From NCBI GenBank assembly GCA_035626155.1, contig DASPOF010000070.1, positions 12,619-76,618 on the forward strand: a stretch of DNA of 64,000 bases, in the 5' to 3' direction. Origin of the DNA: Candidatus Binataceae bacterium. GTDB lineage: Bacteria > Desulfobacterota > Binatia > Binatales > Binataceae. The notes below the pieces were generated by a model that did no database searches, had not been told where the DNA came from, and saw only the letters and a list, made by a program, of their open reading frames with translations. Positions 29,692 to 40,789 of the stretch are shown piece after piece. Each line of letters begins with the position of its first letter. The first letter of the stretch is position 1. The translations under genes and the position numbers were made by a program.

Positions 29692-30855
29692 TTATGCTCC
29701 GATCGCGCTGACGACGCGCCGCGCGGCATCGGCCATATCCGCTGCTGCAATTACCTTGATTCCAGACTCGGCCAGGATCTTCTTGCCTTCCTCGACGTTG
29801 GTGCCTTCCATTCTGACCACCAGCGGGACGCTCAACTTGACCTGGCGGGCGGCTTCGACCACGCCCTTGGCGAGCACGTCGCACTGCATGATGCCGCCAA
29901 AAATGTTGATCAGCACGGCGCGCACGCGCTTGTCGCTCAACAGGATTTGGAACGCCGCGGCGACCTTCTCCGTGTCCGCGCCGCCGCCCACGTCGAGGAA
30001 GTTCGCAGGCTCGGCGCCGTAGTACTTGACGATGTCCATGGTCGCCATCGCCAGCCCCGCGCCGTTCACCATGCATCCGATGTTGCCGTCGAGATGCACG
30101 TAACTTAGATCGAACTTCGCCGCCTCGGTCTCAGCGGGATCCTCCTCGTTGGGGTCGCGCAGCTCGCGGACATCCGGATGACGGAAGAGTCCGTTGTCGT
30201 CGAATGACATCTTCGCATCGAGACATACGACGCGCCCGTCGGCGGTGACGACCAGCGGGTTGATTTCCACCAGCGATGCGTCGGTTTCGAGGAAGGCGCG
30301 GTAGAGCGACGCGAGCAGCCCGGCGAACTGATTGACCTGCTTGTCCTTGAGCCCCAGCCCGAATGCGATCTTGCGCCCCAGGAACGGCGAGAGTCCCAGC
30401 AGCGGCTCGATCGGCTCGGTGATGATTTTCTCGGGAGTCTTGGCGGCGACCTGCTCGATATCCATGCCGCCCTCGGTGCTTGCGATTACGGAGACGGATG
30501 CCGCGTTGCGATCGACGAGCAGTCCGAGATAAAGCTCGCGCGCGACCTGGCTCGCCTCCTCGACGTACACGCGGCGCACGATGCGGCCCTCGGGGCCGGT
30601 CTGATGCGTCACCAGCGGATTGCCCAGCAGCTTGGCGGCAAAGGCGCGCGCTTCATCGGCGCTCGAGATGAGCTTGACGCCGCCCGCCTTGCCGCGGCCG
30701 CCCGCATGAATCTGCGCCTTGATTACCGCCTTGGGCTGGCCCAGTGCGCGGAATGCCGCCGCGGCCTCATCGGGAGTCGAGGCGGGCTGCCCCTTGGGCA
30801 CGGGCGCGCCGAATTTGCCGAGAATCTGCTTGGCCTGAAATTCATGGATGTTCAT
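29692..30855 (-). CDS. sucC: Succinyl-CoA ligase subunit beta.
   Basis: [12 protein letters not shown]...[16 protein letters not shown].... Confidence 0.95.
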   Translation of the reverse strand: MNIHEFQAKQILGKFGAPVPKGQPASTPDEAAAAFRALGQPKAVIKAQIHAGGRGKAGGVKLISSADEARAFAAKLLGNPLVTHQTGPEGRIVRRVYVEEASQVARELYLGLLVDRNAASVSVIASTEGGMDIEQVAAKTPEKIITEPIEPLLGLSPFLGRKIAFGLGLKDKQVNQFAGLLASLYRAFLETDASLVEINPLVVTADGRVVCLDAKMSFDDNGLFRHPDVRELRDPNEEDPAETEAAKFDLSYVHLDGNIGCMVNGAGLAMATMDIVKYYGAEPANFLDVGGGADTEKVAAAFQILLSDKRVRAVLINIFGGIMQCDVLAKGVVEAARQVKLSVPLVVRMEGTNVEEGKKILAESGIKVIAAADMADAARRVVSAIGA

Positions 30856-30932
30856 AGACTAATCCTAGACGGATCGTGCGACCGCCGCCCAGTCCGAGCG
30901 GACTGCGTCCTGCCGCCGCCGCTTGACCGGCC

Positions 30933-31688
30933 TTATTCTGTCCTTCTGGTGAAAATCCGCAACAGCCGCCTCAGCGGGTCATAAAATTCGTCGGCGACGC
31001 GCTCCTTGAGCGGGATGATCGCATTGTCGGTGATGCAAATGTCCTCAGGGCAGACCGCGGTGCAGCACTTCGTGATGTTGCAATAGCCGACCCCGTGGTC
31101 GTCTTTGAGCGCCTTAAGCCGGTTATCGGAGTCGAGCGGATGCATCTCGAGCGCGGCCGTAAACACGAGGAGGCGCGGCCCGACGAATTTGTCGTGCAGA
31201 TTATGGTCGCGCAGCACGTGGCATACGTCCTGGCAGAGGAAACACTCGATGCACTTGCGGAATTCCTGAACGCGCTCGATGTCGTTCTGGGCCATCCGCC
31301 AGGTGCCGTCGGGGGCGTTTGGCTTGACGATCTTAAACGGCTTGATCGTGAGTTTCTTCTCGAAGTTCCACCGTACGTCGGTGACCAGGTCCTTGATGGC
31401 CGGAAAGCTGTGGATCGGCTGAAGCGTGATCGGCTGATCCAGCGGCAGGTCGCTCATCCGCGTCATGCACATCAGGCGCGGATGGCCATTGATCTCGGCC
31501 GAGCATGAGCCGCATTTGCCGGCCTTGCAGTTCCAGCGCACGGCGAGATCGTTGGCCTGTTCGGCCTGGATTCGGTGGACCACGTCGAGCACCACCATTC
31601 CTTCCTCGACGGTGGTGTCGTAATCGCGGAACTCGCCGCCCTTGTCGTCACCGCGCCAGATTCTGAATCGTGCCCGAGACGCGCTCAC
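30933..31688 (-). CDS. sdhB: Succinate dehydrogenase/fumarate reductase iron-sulfur subunit.
   Basis: Cys clusters CKAGKCGSC..., CIECFLCQDVC... and CCTAVCP.... Confidence 0.9.
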   Translation of the reverse strand: MSASRARFRIWRGDDKGGEFRDYDTTVEEGMVVLDVVHRIQAEQANDLAVRWNCKAGKCGSCSAEINGHPRLMCMTRMSDLPLDQPITLQPIHSFPAIKDLVTDVRWNFEKKLTIKPFKIVKPNAPDGTWRMAQNDIERVQEFRKCIECFLCQDVCHVLRDHNLHDKFVGPRLLVFTAALEMHPLDSDNRLKALKDDHGVGYCNITKCCTAVCPEDICITDNAIIPLKERVADEFYDPLRRLLRIFTRRTE

Positions 31689-33502
31689 TTGTTTTCCTCG
31701 ATTATTCTGGCGAGTTCCGGCGGCATCGGCTTGATCGGTTCCCGCCTTAGCTCCATCCCGCCGGGAGTCTTGCGAATGACGTGGTTGAACCTGGCAAACT
31801 CGTCGCTCTTATTCGGAAAGTCCTCGCGGAAATGGGCGCCGCGGCTCTCCTGGCGCGCGATCGCGGAACGGGTGATCGCTTCGGATACAGCCAGCAGGTT
31901 CCTCAGATCGAGCGCGGCATGCCATCCGTTGTTGTACATCCGGTTGCCCTCGACGCGGACCTGCTCGGCGCGCCGCTTCAGATCGTCGATCGCCGCGAGC
32001 GCCTTTTCCATGTCCGCCTGGCGGCGCGAGATGCCGACCAGGTCCTGCATCATGTCGCGCAGCTCATACTGGATCTGGTAGGGCGACGGGGCCTTGCCGC
32101 CGGCAGCGCTCTCGAAGGGTCTCAGAGCCAGCGCGGCCGCATCGCTGACTTCCTTCTCGTTCACGCGGCCAAGCTCGTTCTGGCCCGCGAATTTTGCCGC
32201 GTACTGGCCCGCGCGCTGTCCGAACACGAGCAGGTCCGAGAGCGAATTTCCGCCCAGCCGGTTGGCGCCATGCAATCCCGCCGCCGCCTCGCCCGCGGCG
32301 AACAGCCCCGGCACCGTCGAGCTCTGCGTGTCTCCATCGACGCGCACGCCGCCCATCATGTAGTGCGTGGTCGGACCGATCTCCATCGGGACCTTGGTTA
32401 TGTCCACGTTGGCGAGCTTCATGAACTGATGGTACATGCTCGGGAGCTTGCGCTTGATGTGCTCGGCGGCGTTGGGCAGCTTCTTGCTGATCCAGGCGAT
32501 ATCGAGAAAGACGCCGCCGTGCGGGCTCCCGCGTCCCTCGCGGATTTCCTTGACGATCTTGCGGGCGACGTGGTCGCGGGTGAGGAGTTCCGGCGGGCGG
32601 CGCGCGTTCTTGTCGCCCTGTGTGTAGCGCCAGCCTTCCTCTTCGTTGTCGGCGGTCTGGTTCTTGTAGGCGTCGGGAATGTCGTCGAACATGAAGCGGC
32701 GGCCTTCCTTGTTGGTCAGGATTCCGCCCTCGCCGCGCACGCCTTCCGTCACCAGGATTCCCGCCACGCTGAGCGGCCAGATCATCCCGGTCGGATGGAA
32801 CTGCACGAACTCCATGTCCATCAGTTCGGCGCCCGCATCGTAAGCGAGCGACAGCCCGTCGCCCGTGTATTCCCAACTGTTCGAGGTGATCTTGAAAGCG
32901 CGGCCGATTCCGCCGGTCGCTATCACGATCGCCTTGGCGCGCCACAGGTAGAACATTCCGCGCTCGCGGTCGTAACCGAATGCGCCGACGATGCGGCCGC
33001 CGTCGGTGAGCAGTTTGGTGACCGCGCATTCCATGTACACGTCGAAGCCCTGGCGGATTCCGTGGTCCTGCAACGTGCGGATCATTTCGAGCCCGGTGCG
33101 ATCGCCGACGTGCGCCAGGCGGGGATAGCGATGGCCTCCGAAGTTGCGCTGGAGGATCTTGCCGTCGGGCGTGCGATCGAATCCGGCGCCCCACGCCTCG
33201 AGCTCGCGCACGCGATCGGGCGCCTCCTTGGCGTGCAACTCCGCCATCCGCCAATTGTTCAAGTACTGTCCGCCGCGCATCGTATCGGCGAAGTGCACCT
33301 GCCAATTATCGCGGTCGTCGACGTTCGCCATCGCCGCTGCGACTCCGCCCTCGGCCATCACCGTGTGGGCCTTGCCGAGAAGGGACTTGCAGACGACGCC
33401 AACCTTCGCGCCGTAGGCGGCGGCCTCGCTCGCGGCGCGCAGTCCGGCGCCGCCGGCGCCAATTACCAGCACGTCATGCTCGCGCAACTCGTACTCGGGC
33501 AT
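31685..33502 (-). CDS. sdhA: Succinate dehydrogenase/fumarate reductase flavoprotein subunit.
   Basis: ...DVLVIGAGGAGLRAA... and ...HYMMGG.... 605 aa. It has a 1-nt stop/start overlap with sdhC. Confidence 0.95.
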   Translation of the reverse strand: MPEYELREHDVLVIGAGGAGLRAASEAAAYGAKVGVVCKSLLGKAHTVMAEGGVAAAMANVDDRDNWQVHFADTMRGGQYLNNWRMAELHAKEAPDRVRELEAWGAGFDRTPDGKILQRNFGGHRYPRLAHVGDRTGLEMIRTLQDHGIRQGFDVYMECAVTKLLTDGGRIVGAFGYDRERGMFYLWRAKAIVIATGGIGRAFKITSNSWEYTGDGLSLAYDAGAELMDMEFVQFHPTGMIWPLSVAGILVTEGVRGEGGILTNKEGRRFMFDDIPDAYKNQTADNEEEGWRYTQGDKNARRPPELLTRDHVARKIVKEIREGRGSPHGGVFLDIAWISKKLPNAAEHIKRKLPSMYHQFMKLANVDITKVPMEIGPTTHYMMGGVRVDGDTQSSTVPGLFAAGEAAAGLHGANRLGGNSLSDLLVFGQRAGQYAAKFAGQNELGRVNEKEVSDAAALALRPFESAAGGKAPSPYQIQYELRDMMQDLVGISRRQADMEKALAAIDDLKRRAEQVRVEGNRMYNNGWHAALDLRNLLAVSEAITRSAIARQESRGAHFREDFPNKSDEFARFNHVIRKTPGGMELRREPIKPMPPELARIIEENK

Positions 33503-34311
33503 CAGAGGAGCACCCTAAAGTCGTGGATTACGCCCATCGCCAGCATCCGGACGTAGAAATCGCAAAATGAGATCCATACCAGGCTGGTAAGAGCAAAATT
33601 CCGGTGCTGGCCGTTGAATACGGACGTGCAGGCCCAGCACTTGGCGCGCAGCGGGGCCTTTGAGAACCAGTTTAGATTGCCGCCCACTGCGCTTCTGAGC
33701 GAGTGACAACCCATCACGTAGCCCCAGAGCAACGTCACGTCCACCGCAAGCGCGATCGTCCCCAGCCCGATTCCGAACACCTCACGGCCCGTTGCCGGAT
33801 CGGTAAACCACATCGCCTCCCACACGTCGTAAGCGTGAGGGATCAGAAGCACGACGGCAAGGTACATGAAGTAGCGATGCGCGTTGTGAACCAGCAGCGG
33901 CCAGAAATTCTCGCCCCAGTAGCTGTGGCGCGGCTCGCCCACCGTGCAGCCCGGGGGATCGAAGAAGAACGCCTTGTAGTACGCGCCGCGAAAGTAATAG
34001 CAGGTGAGACGAAAGCCCGCCGGCGCCCATATGATGAGGAGCGCGGGAGAGAATGGCAGCAGCGCCGGCCAAAACGACGGGCGGCCGACTCCCAGCCAGG
34101 CCTTGGCCGAGCCGAACAGTTCCGGGGAGTAAAAGGGCGAAGTGTAATTGCCGAAACGGTAATTGTTACCCTGCAGCACCGCCCAGAGCGGATATACCGC
34201 CAGAAAGAAACCGAGGCCCGCGAAATAGGCGAGCCATTGCGCCCACCACAGGTCTCGCCGTGCGGTGCGGAAAAACGGCGTCTGGCTAATCTGAACTCCG
34301 GCTGCCGCCAT
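33502..34311 (-). CDS. sdhC: Succinate dehydrogenase/fumarate reductase cytochrome b membrane subunit (single large anchor, type-B-like).
   Basis: A polytopic 269-aa protein with conserved His residues. It sits at the head of sdhCAB as in B. subtilis and Wolinella. Confidence 0.7.
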   Translation of the reverse strand: MAAAGVQISQTPFFRTARRDLWWAQWLAYFAGLGFFLAVYPLWAVLQGNNYRFGNYTSPFYSPELFGSAKAWLGVGRPSFWPALLPFSPALLIIWAPAGFRLTCYYFRGAYYKAFFFDPPGCTVGEPRHSYWGENFWPLLVHNAHRYFMYLAVVLLIPHAYDVWEAMWFTDPATGREVFGIGLGTIALAVDVTLLWGYVMGCHSLRSAVGGNLNWFSKAPLRAKCWACTSVFNGQHRNFALTSLVWISFCDFYVRMLAMGVIHDFRVLL

Positions 34312-34365
34312 CGCTCACTCCTGAACTATCGACACTGGGCGCTGATGCGAAACGGACGGTGCCAC

Positions 34366-35310
34366 TCACGCGCCCGCCGCGATCACTTTGTCCATCGCAT
34401 CGACGAGTTCTTTCACGTGGGCAACCGAACTCGCGAACGCTTTCTTTTCTTCCGCGGTGAGCTGAATCTCCACCACGCGCTCGACGCCGCCCGCGCCGAT
34501 CACCACCGGCACCCCGGCGAACAGGCCGCGCACGTCATACTCGCCCTCGAGATAGGCGGCTGAGGGAAGCACTTCCTTGCGGTCGAGCATGTACGCCTCG
34601 GCCATCTTGTATGCGGCGGCGCCGGCGGCGTAATACGACGAGGTTTTCATCAGGTTCACTATCTCGCCGCCGCCATTGCGCGTGCGCTTCTCGATTTCAT
34701 CGAGACGCTTCGGATCGATCAGCCGCTCGATCGGAACGCCTCCGACCGTGGTGTAGCTGCGCACGGGGACCATGTCATCACCGTGGCCGCCGAGCACCAT
34801 CGCGTTCACGCTCTCGACCGAGACCCCGAGTTCGCTCGCGATAAAGGTGCGATAACGCGCCGAATCGAGCACGCCCGCCTGGCCGACGATGCGATGCTTG
34901 GGGAAGCCGGTCACGCGCTTGAGCTGCGTCACCATCGCGTCGAGCGGGTTGGTCACCGCGATCACGAACGAGTCGGGTGCATACTTTTTGATTGCCCCGC
35001 CGACATCGTTCATCACTTTGGCGTTGATCTTGAGCAGGTCGTCGCGGCTCATACCCGGACGGCGCGGCGAGCCCGAGGTGACCACGCAGCAATCGGCGCC
35101 GGTGATCTGGGCGATGTCGAGCGTGCCGGTCACGTTCACGTCCATGCCGAGGACGGGCGCGGATTCGAGCATGTCCAACGCCTTGCCCTGCGGGAGGCCG
35201 TCGATGATGTCGTAGAGGACGATGTCGCCGAGGGCGCGCAGGAAGCAAAGATGGGCGCAGGTTGCACCTACATTACCGGCCCCTATAAAGGCGATTTTTC
35301 TCCGTGCCAC
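34366..35310 (-). CDS. mdh: Malate dehydrogenase (LDH-like family).
   Basis: MARRKIAFIGAGNVGAT...VTNPLDAM...GGHGDDMVP.... Confidence 0.9.
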   Translation of the reverse strand: MARRKIAFIGAGNVGATCAHLCFLRALGDIVLYDIIDGLPQGKALDMLESAPVLGMDVNVTGTLDIAQITGADCCVVTSGSPRRPGMSRDDLLKINAKVMNDVGGAIKKYAPDSFVIAVTNPLDAMVTQLKRVTGFPKHRIVGQAGVLDSARYRTFIASELGVSVESVNAMVLGGHGDDMVPVRSYTTVGGVPIERLIDPKRLDEIEKRTRNGGGEIVNLMKTSSYYAAGAAAYKMAEAYMLDRKEVLPSAAYLEGEYDVRGLFAGVPVVIGAGGVERVVEIQLTAEEKKAFASSVAHVKELVDAMDKVIAAGA

Positions 35311-35407
35311 GCTTTGATTCGTCCCTTCCCCCAGATTTGATGTTGAAGATTATCTTATAAACCAATCTCCGCTAATCAGCAACACTTAACTGCCGAATAG
35401 CGTGCAT

Positions 35408-36277
35408 TCAGCGCTCCTTGAACGCCTGCGTGGCCCCGCCTTTGGGCTTCTCGCCGGGCCGGGCTTCGATCGCCGCCACGATCTCTTCCGTCCAGTCATC
35501 GATGATCTCGTTCGCGAAACTCCACTTCTCCGCCCCAGTCGTACTTAGCGGGAGCACTCTCGCGCTGCGCCGGTCGGAGAACATCCCGATAATCTCGCCC
35601 GTGGCGCCGTCGCGCAGCCGCGCCTCCATGCCTATCGATCCGCGTTGCGGCGCCTTGGACTCGGGCTCGGCGCTTGGCACGCGCGGCGTCGCGCTCGCCG
35701 CCGCGGGGACGCCAGCGCGGCTCGGCCAAAGTTCGACGATCGCGACTTCCGCGATGATCGTATTCGGGGTGAGCTGCTCGACGATTCGCAAGCGGCCCGA
35801 CTGATCGTTGAGGATCGCCTTGGTGAAAGATCGATTGATGTAGAGCGCGAGCTCGACCGCAGCTTCGTGCTGTTCCTCGGCAGCGGGCGGCGGCGGCGAT
35901 CCGGCCTCGATCGGCGTCAAATATGCGATCGTCACCGGAGCTATCCGCAGCCCTCGGTACCGGGCAAAGTCCGCATCCGGCTTCACCCAAGCCTTGTCGA
36001 ACGGATACACATCCTTTAGCGCGCTCATCCTCTCGGGCTCGGGAAGAAAACCTTCCGAGGCCGGCCTCGGCGCCGCCGCTGGCGGTTCGATCGCCTCGTT
36101 CGGCGCGGTTGCGCGCTCAGGAGTCACGGGGGTGACGGAGGCCGAGAGGCACCCCGATGCAATCGCGGCGAGCGGCACGAGCACGACCAACGCCATTGGG
36201 AATGTCAGTGCGAACGCTCGTACCCGAAGCCGCATCGAGGTCTTCCTCCCGACAAAGCGGGGGCCGGACTCGCGCAT
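35408..36277 (-). CDS. Hypothetical secreted protein or lipoprotein.
   Basis: A signal-like N-terminus ...LVVLVPLAAIASGC... and Pro/Ala-rich linkers, with no recognisable catalytic motif. It is inserted between icd and mdh. Confidence 0.45.
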   Translation of the reverse strand: MRESGPRFVGRKTSMRLRVRAFALTFPMALVVLVPLAAIASGCLSASVTPVTPERATAPNEAIEPPAAAPRPASEGFLPEPERMSALKDVYPFDKAWVKPDADFARYRGLRIAPVTIAYLTPIEAGSPPPPAAEEQHEAAVELALYINRSFTKAILNDQSGRLRIVEQLTPNTIIAEVAIVELWPSRAGVPAAASATPRVPSAEPESKAPQRGSIGMEARLRDGATGEIIGMFSDRRSARVLPLSTTGAEKWSFANEIIDDWTEEIVAAIEARPGEKPKGGATQAFKER

Positions 36278-36328
36278 CGCAATCGCGTGACCGGCCCCGC
36301 TCGGCGCAACCGTGCGAACTTATCGCGG

Positions 36329-37576
36329 TTACATGTTGTCGACGATCGCCTTTCCGAACTCAGAGCACTTGAGCAGCTTTGCTCCCGTCATCAGCCGCTC
36401 GAAGTCGTAGGTCACCGTCTTGTTGGCGATGGTCCGCTCCAGTCCGCGGATGATTCCATCGGCAACCTCCTGCCATCCCATGTGCTCGAACATCAGCACA
36501 CCGGAGAGGATGACGGAGCCGGGATTGACCTTGTCCTGGTCGGCGTACTTCGGAGCGGTGCCGTGCGTCGCCTCGAAAATCGCGTGACCGGTGACGTAGT
36601 TGATGTTGGCGCCGGGGGCGATTCCGATTCCGCCGACCTGCGCAGCGAGCGCGTCGGAGAGATAGTCGCCGTTGAGGTTCATCGTCGCGACGACGTCGAA
36701 CTCATCGGGGCGCGTGAGCACCTGCTGGAGCGTGATATCCGCAATATTGTCCTTGACCAGGAGCTGGCCGGCGGGCGGCTTTCCGCCGCAATCATCCCAG
36801 CCAATCGCGCGCCCCTTGAACTCACGGCGCACGAGTTCATAACCCCAGTCGCGGAACGCACCCTCGGTGTATTTCATGATGTTGCCCTTGTGGACGAGGG
36901 TGAGGCTCTTGCGCTTGTGCGAGATCGCGTAGTTGAGGGCGGCGCGAATCAGCCGCTCGGAGCCTTCGCGAGAGACGGGCTTGATGCCGAAGCCGGAGGT
37001 GTTCGGGAAGCGGATATTCTTCACGCCGAGCTCTTCCTGAAGGAACTTGCACAGCTTCTTCGCCTCGGGCGACTCGGCCTGCCACTCGATTCCCGCGTAA
37101 ATGTCTTCGGTGTTTTCGCGGAAGATGATGACGTCGAGTTTCTCGGGATGCTTCACGGGGCTCGGAACGCCCTGGAAATAGCGCACCGGACGCAGGCACA
37201 CATAGAGATCGAGCATCTGCCTGAGCGCCACGTTGAGCGATCGGATTCCACCGCCGATCGGAGTAGTGAGTGGACCCTTAATCCCGACCAGGAATTCGCG
37301 GAACGCCTCGACCGTCTCATCGAGCAGCCAGGTCTTGAACTTGTCGTACGACTTCTCGCCCGCGTACACCTCCATCCACGCGATCTTGCGCTTGCCGCCA
37401 TAGATCTTCTTGACCGCATTGTCGAAGACATATTGCGATGCGCGCCAAATGTCGCGGCCGGTGCCGTCGCCTTCGATGAACGGAAGAATCGGGTTATCGG
37501 GAACGTTCAGTTTTTGGTTTGCGCCGAGCGTAATCTTGGCGCCGTCAGTGGGAACCTTTACGTCCTTGTACGCCAT
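36329..37576 (-). CDS. icd: Isocitrate dehydrogenase (NADP).
   Basis: ...[16 protein letters not shown]...[19 protein letters not shown].... 415 aa. Confidence 0.95.
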   Translation of the reverse strand: MAYKDVKVPTDGAKITLGANQKLNVPDNPILPFIEGDGTGRDIWRASQYVFDNAVKKIYGGKRKIAWMEVYAGEKSYDKFKTWLLDETVEAFREFLVGIKGPLTTPIGGGIRSLNVALRQMLDLYVCLRPVRYFQGVPSPVKHPEKLDVIIFRENTEDIYAGIEWQAESPEAKKLCKFLQEELGVKNIRFPNTSGFGIKPVSREGSERLIRAALNYAISHKRKSLTLVHKGNIMKYTEGAFRDWGYELVRREFKGRAIGWDDCGGKPPAGQLLVKDNIADITLQQVLTRPDEFDVVATMNLNGDYLSDALAAQVGGIGIAPGANINYVTGHAIFEATHGTAPKYADQDKVNPGSVILSGVLMFEHMGWQEVADGIIRGLERTIANKTVTYDFERLMTGAKLLKCSEFGKAIVDNM

Positions 37577-37818
37577 TTGCCTGCTGCTCTCCTCGATGGT
37601 TCGCGCGGGAGCCCCCGTTGAAGGCGGGCTAATCCATCCGCGCGAAAATGATTTATCCCGCTAATGTGACAGGAACGCGCCGCGGATTCCAGCGCTCCGG
37701 ACCCCCAACCAGGCGCCTCGCCTGAGGCCCAAACAGCAGCGCCGGTGCTTCGCGCCGGGCGCATCGCGGCGCTATACTGCGGACCGATTCTCAAACCATC
37801 AATCTCGCGGGGCCGCCT

Positions 37819-39015
37819 ATGGATTTCAGCTACACGCCGGAACAAGAGAAGTTTCGCGCCGAGCTGCGCGCATGGCTCGAGAAAAATTCCGCCGAGGTCT
37901 TCGGCCGCGGACGCCCGGTTATCGGGTCATCCGCCGAGGGCGGCGACGGTTGGTCCCAGATGGTCGAGTATCACCGCCGCCTGAATGCAGCCGGCTACGT
38001 TGCGCTGCACTGGCCCAAGGAATGGGGTGGCAGCGGCGCAGGGATAATCGAACAATCGATCTATCAGGATGAAGTCCTGCGCCTGGGCCTCCCGCTCTAC
38101 GGATGCAATCAGCTAGCGCTCGATCGCATCGGCCCGACGATCGCGCTGATGGGCACCGAACAGCAGCGCAAGCGATTCCTGCCGAAAATGCTCACCGCCG
38201 AGGAAATCTGGTGCCAGGGTTACTCGGAACCCAATGCCGGCTCGGATCTGGCGGGGCTTCAGACGCGCGCCGTGCTCGAGGGCGACTCCTTCATCGTCAA
38301 CGGACAGAAGGTCTGGACCAGCCTCGCGCACCGCGCGGATTGGCAGGTTCTGCTGGTCCGAACCGATCCGCAGGCGCCCAAGCACAAGGGCATCTCGTAT
38401 CTGCTCGTCGACATGAAAAGCCCCGGCATTACCGTTCGTCCGCTTGTCCAGATTACCGGAGACGCGGGATTCAACGAGGTCTTCTACGAGAACGTCCGAG
38501 TGCCCAAGGAAAACCTGGTCGGCGAACTCAACCAGGGTTGGCAGGTGTCGATCGCGACGCTGATGTACGAGCGCGTCTCGGGTGGCACGCGCCATCCGGT
38601 CGAGCGAACCATCGGCGAGCTGACCGAACTCGTGAAGAAGGTCGATTTCGAGGGAGTCCCCGCATCGACGCATCCCTACGTCCGCCAGAAGGTCGCGCAG
38701 TTCGCCGCCGAGGCGCGCTGTCTGCGGCTCAGCCGGTATCGGTCGCTCACGTCGCAGCTCAAGGGCCAGGTACCGGGACCGGAAAGCTCGTATGGCAAAC
38801 TCTTTGCCACGGATCTCAACCTGCGCGTCGCGATGTTCGCCGACGAATTGCTCGGACCTTACGGCGGTCTCGAACACGGCTCGCTCGGGGCGATTGATGG
38901 AGGCCGCTGGGTAACCCGCACGCTAGGTGCGCGCGGCCTCACGATAGCCGCGGGATCCAACGAGATCCAGCACAACATCATCGGCGAGCGAGTCCTCAAG
39001 CTGCCCAAAGGCTGA
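37819..39015 (+). CDS. Acyl-CoA dehydrogenase family protein.
   Basis: ...QGYSEPNAGSDLAGLQTRA...GQKVWTS... and a C-terminal ...GGTNEIQ...-like motif. Confidence 0.8.
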   Translation: MDFSYTPEQEKFRAELRAWLEKNSAEVFGRGRPVIGSSAEGGDGWSQMVEYHRRLNAAGYVALHWPKEWGGSGAGIIEQSIYQDEVLRLGLPLYGCNQLALDRIGPTIALMGTEQQRKRFLPKMLTAEEIWCQGYSEPNAGSDLAGLQTRAVLEGDSFIVNGQKVWTSLAHRADWQVLLVRTDPQAPKHKGISYLLVDMKSPGITVRPLVQITGDAGFNEVFYENVRVPKENLVGELNQGWQVSIATLMYERVSGGTRHPVERTIGELTELVKKVDFEGVPASTHPYVRQKVAQFAAEARCLRLSRYRSLTSQLKGQVPGPESSYGKLFATDLNLRVAMFADELLGPYGGLEHGSLGAIDGGRWVTRTLGARGLTIAAGSNEIQHNIIGERVLKLPKG

Positions 39016-39021
39016 GCGCCG

Positions 39022-40623
39022 GTGCGAGGGTTTTCCGCGCTGGCGGGACGCGCGCGCTCGATCGCGGCCATCCGGCCCCGTCATCTCGTCGAGTTCTGCG
39101 CAAAGCCGGCGGTGATCCTGACCGCGATCACCGTGTTCGCGGCCGTGCGCCGCCTGCATCTCCTGGGCAGCCAGAGCTTTTGGAGCGATGAGGCTGAGAC
39201 CGTCACGCTGGCGACGATGCCGTGGCCGGCGATGAAGCACGTCGTGCTGACGCGCGAGACCAACATGGGTCTCTACTTCCTTTTCATGCGTGCATGGACG
39301 GCGCTCGGAACCACTGAGTCGATTTTCCGGATGCCCTCTGCCATCGCCTCAATCGCGACCATCCCCCTGCTCTATCTGGCCGGGCGGCGCCTGTTCGGAT
39401 CTTCCATCGCACTGGCCGCCGCACTTCTCTTCGCTGCAAATCCGATGGGCATCGCCTACGCGCAGGAAAGCCGCAGCTACAGCATCGAGGTGATGCTGGT
39501 CGCCGCCTCATGGCTGTTTTTTCTGCGAACGATCGACCGCAGCTCGGCCGGCAATCTCGCCGGATGGGTTCTGGCGACCACGCTGGCAGTCTATGCGCAT
39601 TCGCTCGCCTTCCTTGCGATTCCGGCGCAGTTGGTCCCGTTACTCATTGTGAGACGGCGCAACGCACCGTGGTTCCAACTGCTCGCGGGCGCGGCGCTCG
39701 TCGGATTACTCGTGCTGCCGCTCGCCATCCTGGCTGCCCGAAATGACGCGGGACAGCTCGACTGGATCTCTCCGCTGAATTGGTCCTATGCAACCCACGA
39801 ACTAGTCAAAATGACGGGCGTGATGGTGTTCGACAGCTCAGGCAATGCGTTCGGGACCTTATGCGGATTTGCGGTGCTGCTCGCGATAGCGGAACTCGTC
39901 ACGGGGTTCAAACGATCGCGCGAGGATGCTGCACCTTACTTGTTTGCGGCCTGCGCGGTCCTGGTACCATTCGCGCTGTCGGCGGCGGTATCGTTCTTCA
40001 AACCGCTGCTGCTCGCCAGGTACCTGATTTTCTCCCTGCCGATGGTGTGCCTGCTCGCCGCGGCTGGCTGCTGGATGGTACGCAGTGCGGTTGGGCGCGC
40101 CGGCCTGCTCGCCGCGATCGTGGCCGCCGGCCTGTGGCATGACACGGTGCTTACGACCACTTACCGAAGAGAGGACTGGCGCGCAGTGGCGCTGGCTATG
40201 CGGCTTGGAGGGGTGCGCGGCGATGCGGTCGTGGTTTATTACGCTCCCAACCGATGGTCACTGGACTACTACCTTCGGCGGATGCACATTGCGCCGGGAT
40301 TTTTCGACTTCATCTACCCCGACTGGGACGCCAACCTGGAAATCGACGGCCATTTCACGACCGATCGCGATGCGAAGGCGATACTGGCGGCCGAGCTGCT
40401 GAAAGGAATCAGCTCGGCGGCCGACAACGGTCGGCGCGTGTGGTTCATATACGACAGGAAGACCTGGGATGTTTTCCCGCCCAACGCATCTGTGAAAACG
40501 GTATACTCGCTTCTGCGCAGACGCTATCGAGTCCTTGCCCTAAGGAGCGTGCACGGAGTCGGCGTCCTTCTGTTCAGTTGGCCGCAGCCCCCAAGGCCGT
40601 ATCGCCCGCCGCCAAGCCGATAG
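39022..40623 (+). CDS. GT-C fold glycosyltransferase, ArnT/PMT (GT39/GT83)-like polytopic membrane protein.
   Basis: About 11 TM helices. The first-loop acidic motif ...SQSFWSDEAETVTLA... is like the ArnT/PMT DE motif, and there is a hydrophilic C-terminal domain. Confidence 0.65.
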   Translation: MRGFSALAGRARSIAAIRPRHLVEFCAKPAVILTAITVFAAVRRLHLLGSQSFWSDEAETVTLATMPWPAMKHVVLTRETNMGLYFLFMRAWTALGTTESIFRMPSAIASIATIPLLYLAGRRLFGSSIALAAALLFAANPMGIAYAQESRSYSIEVMLVAASWLFFLRTIDRSSAGNLAGWVLATTLAVYAHSLAFLAIPAQLVPLLIVRRRNAPWFQLLAGAALVGLLVLPLAILAARNDAGQLDWISPLNWSYATHELVKMTGVMVFDSSGNAFGTLCGFAVLLAIAELVTGFKRSREDAAPYLFAACAVLVPFALSAAVSFFKPLLLARYLIFSLPMVCLLAAAGCWMVRSAVGRAGLLAAIVAAGLWHDTVLTTTYRREDWRAVALAMRLGGVRGDAVVVYYAPNRWSLDYYLRRMHIAPGFFDFIYPDWDANLEIDGHFTTDRDAKAILAAELLKGISSAADNGRRVWFIYDRKTWDVFPPNASVKTVYSLLRRRYRVLALRSVHGVGVLLFSWPQPPRPYRPPPSR

Positions 40624-40789
40624 TACGCGCTGCCAGGCTAACTACCGCGACCTAAGCGTCAATAGTTTTTTCAGGAAGGTCCTCGGCCCGCATCCGGCCG
40701 CCCGTCACGCAGCGCAACCGCGCGCGGGAACGATAGCCTGTGCTCTGCCGCGTCTCGGCTCGCCGACTTGGCGGCGACTGCTCTATTCC

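Noticed and set aside
31781-33556. A 591-aa plus-strand ORF and a 413-aa minus-strand alternative-frame ORF.
   Set aside because: They are antisense to or out of frame with sdhA.
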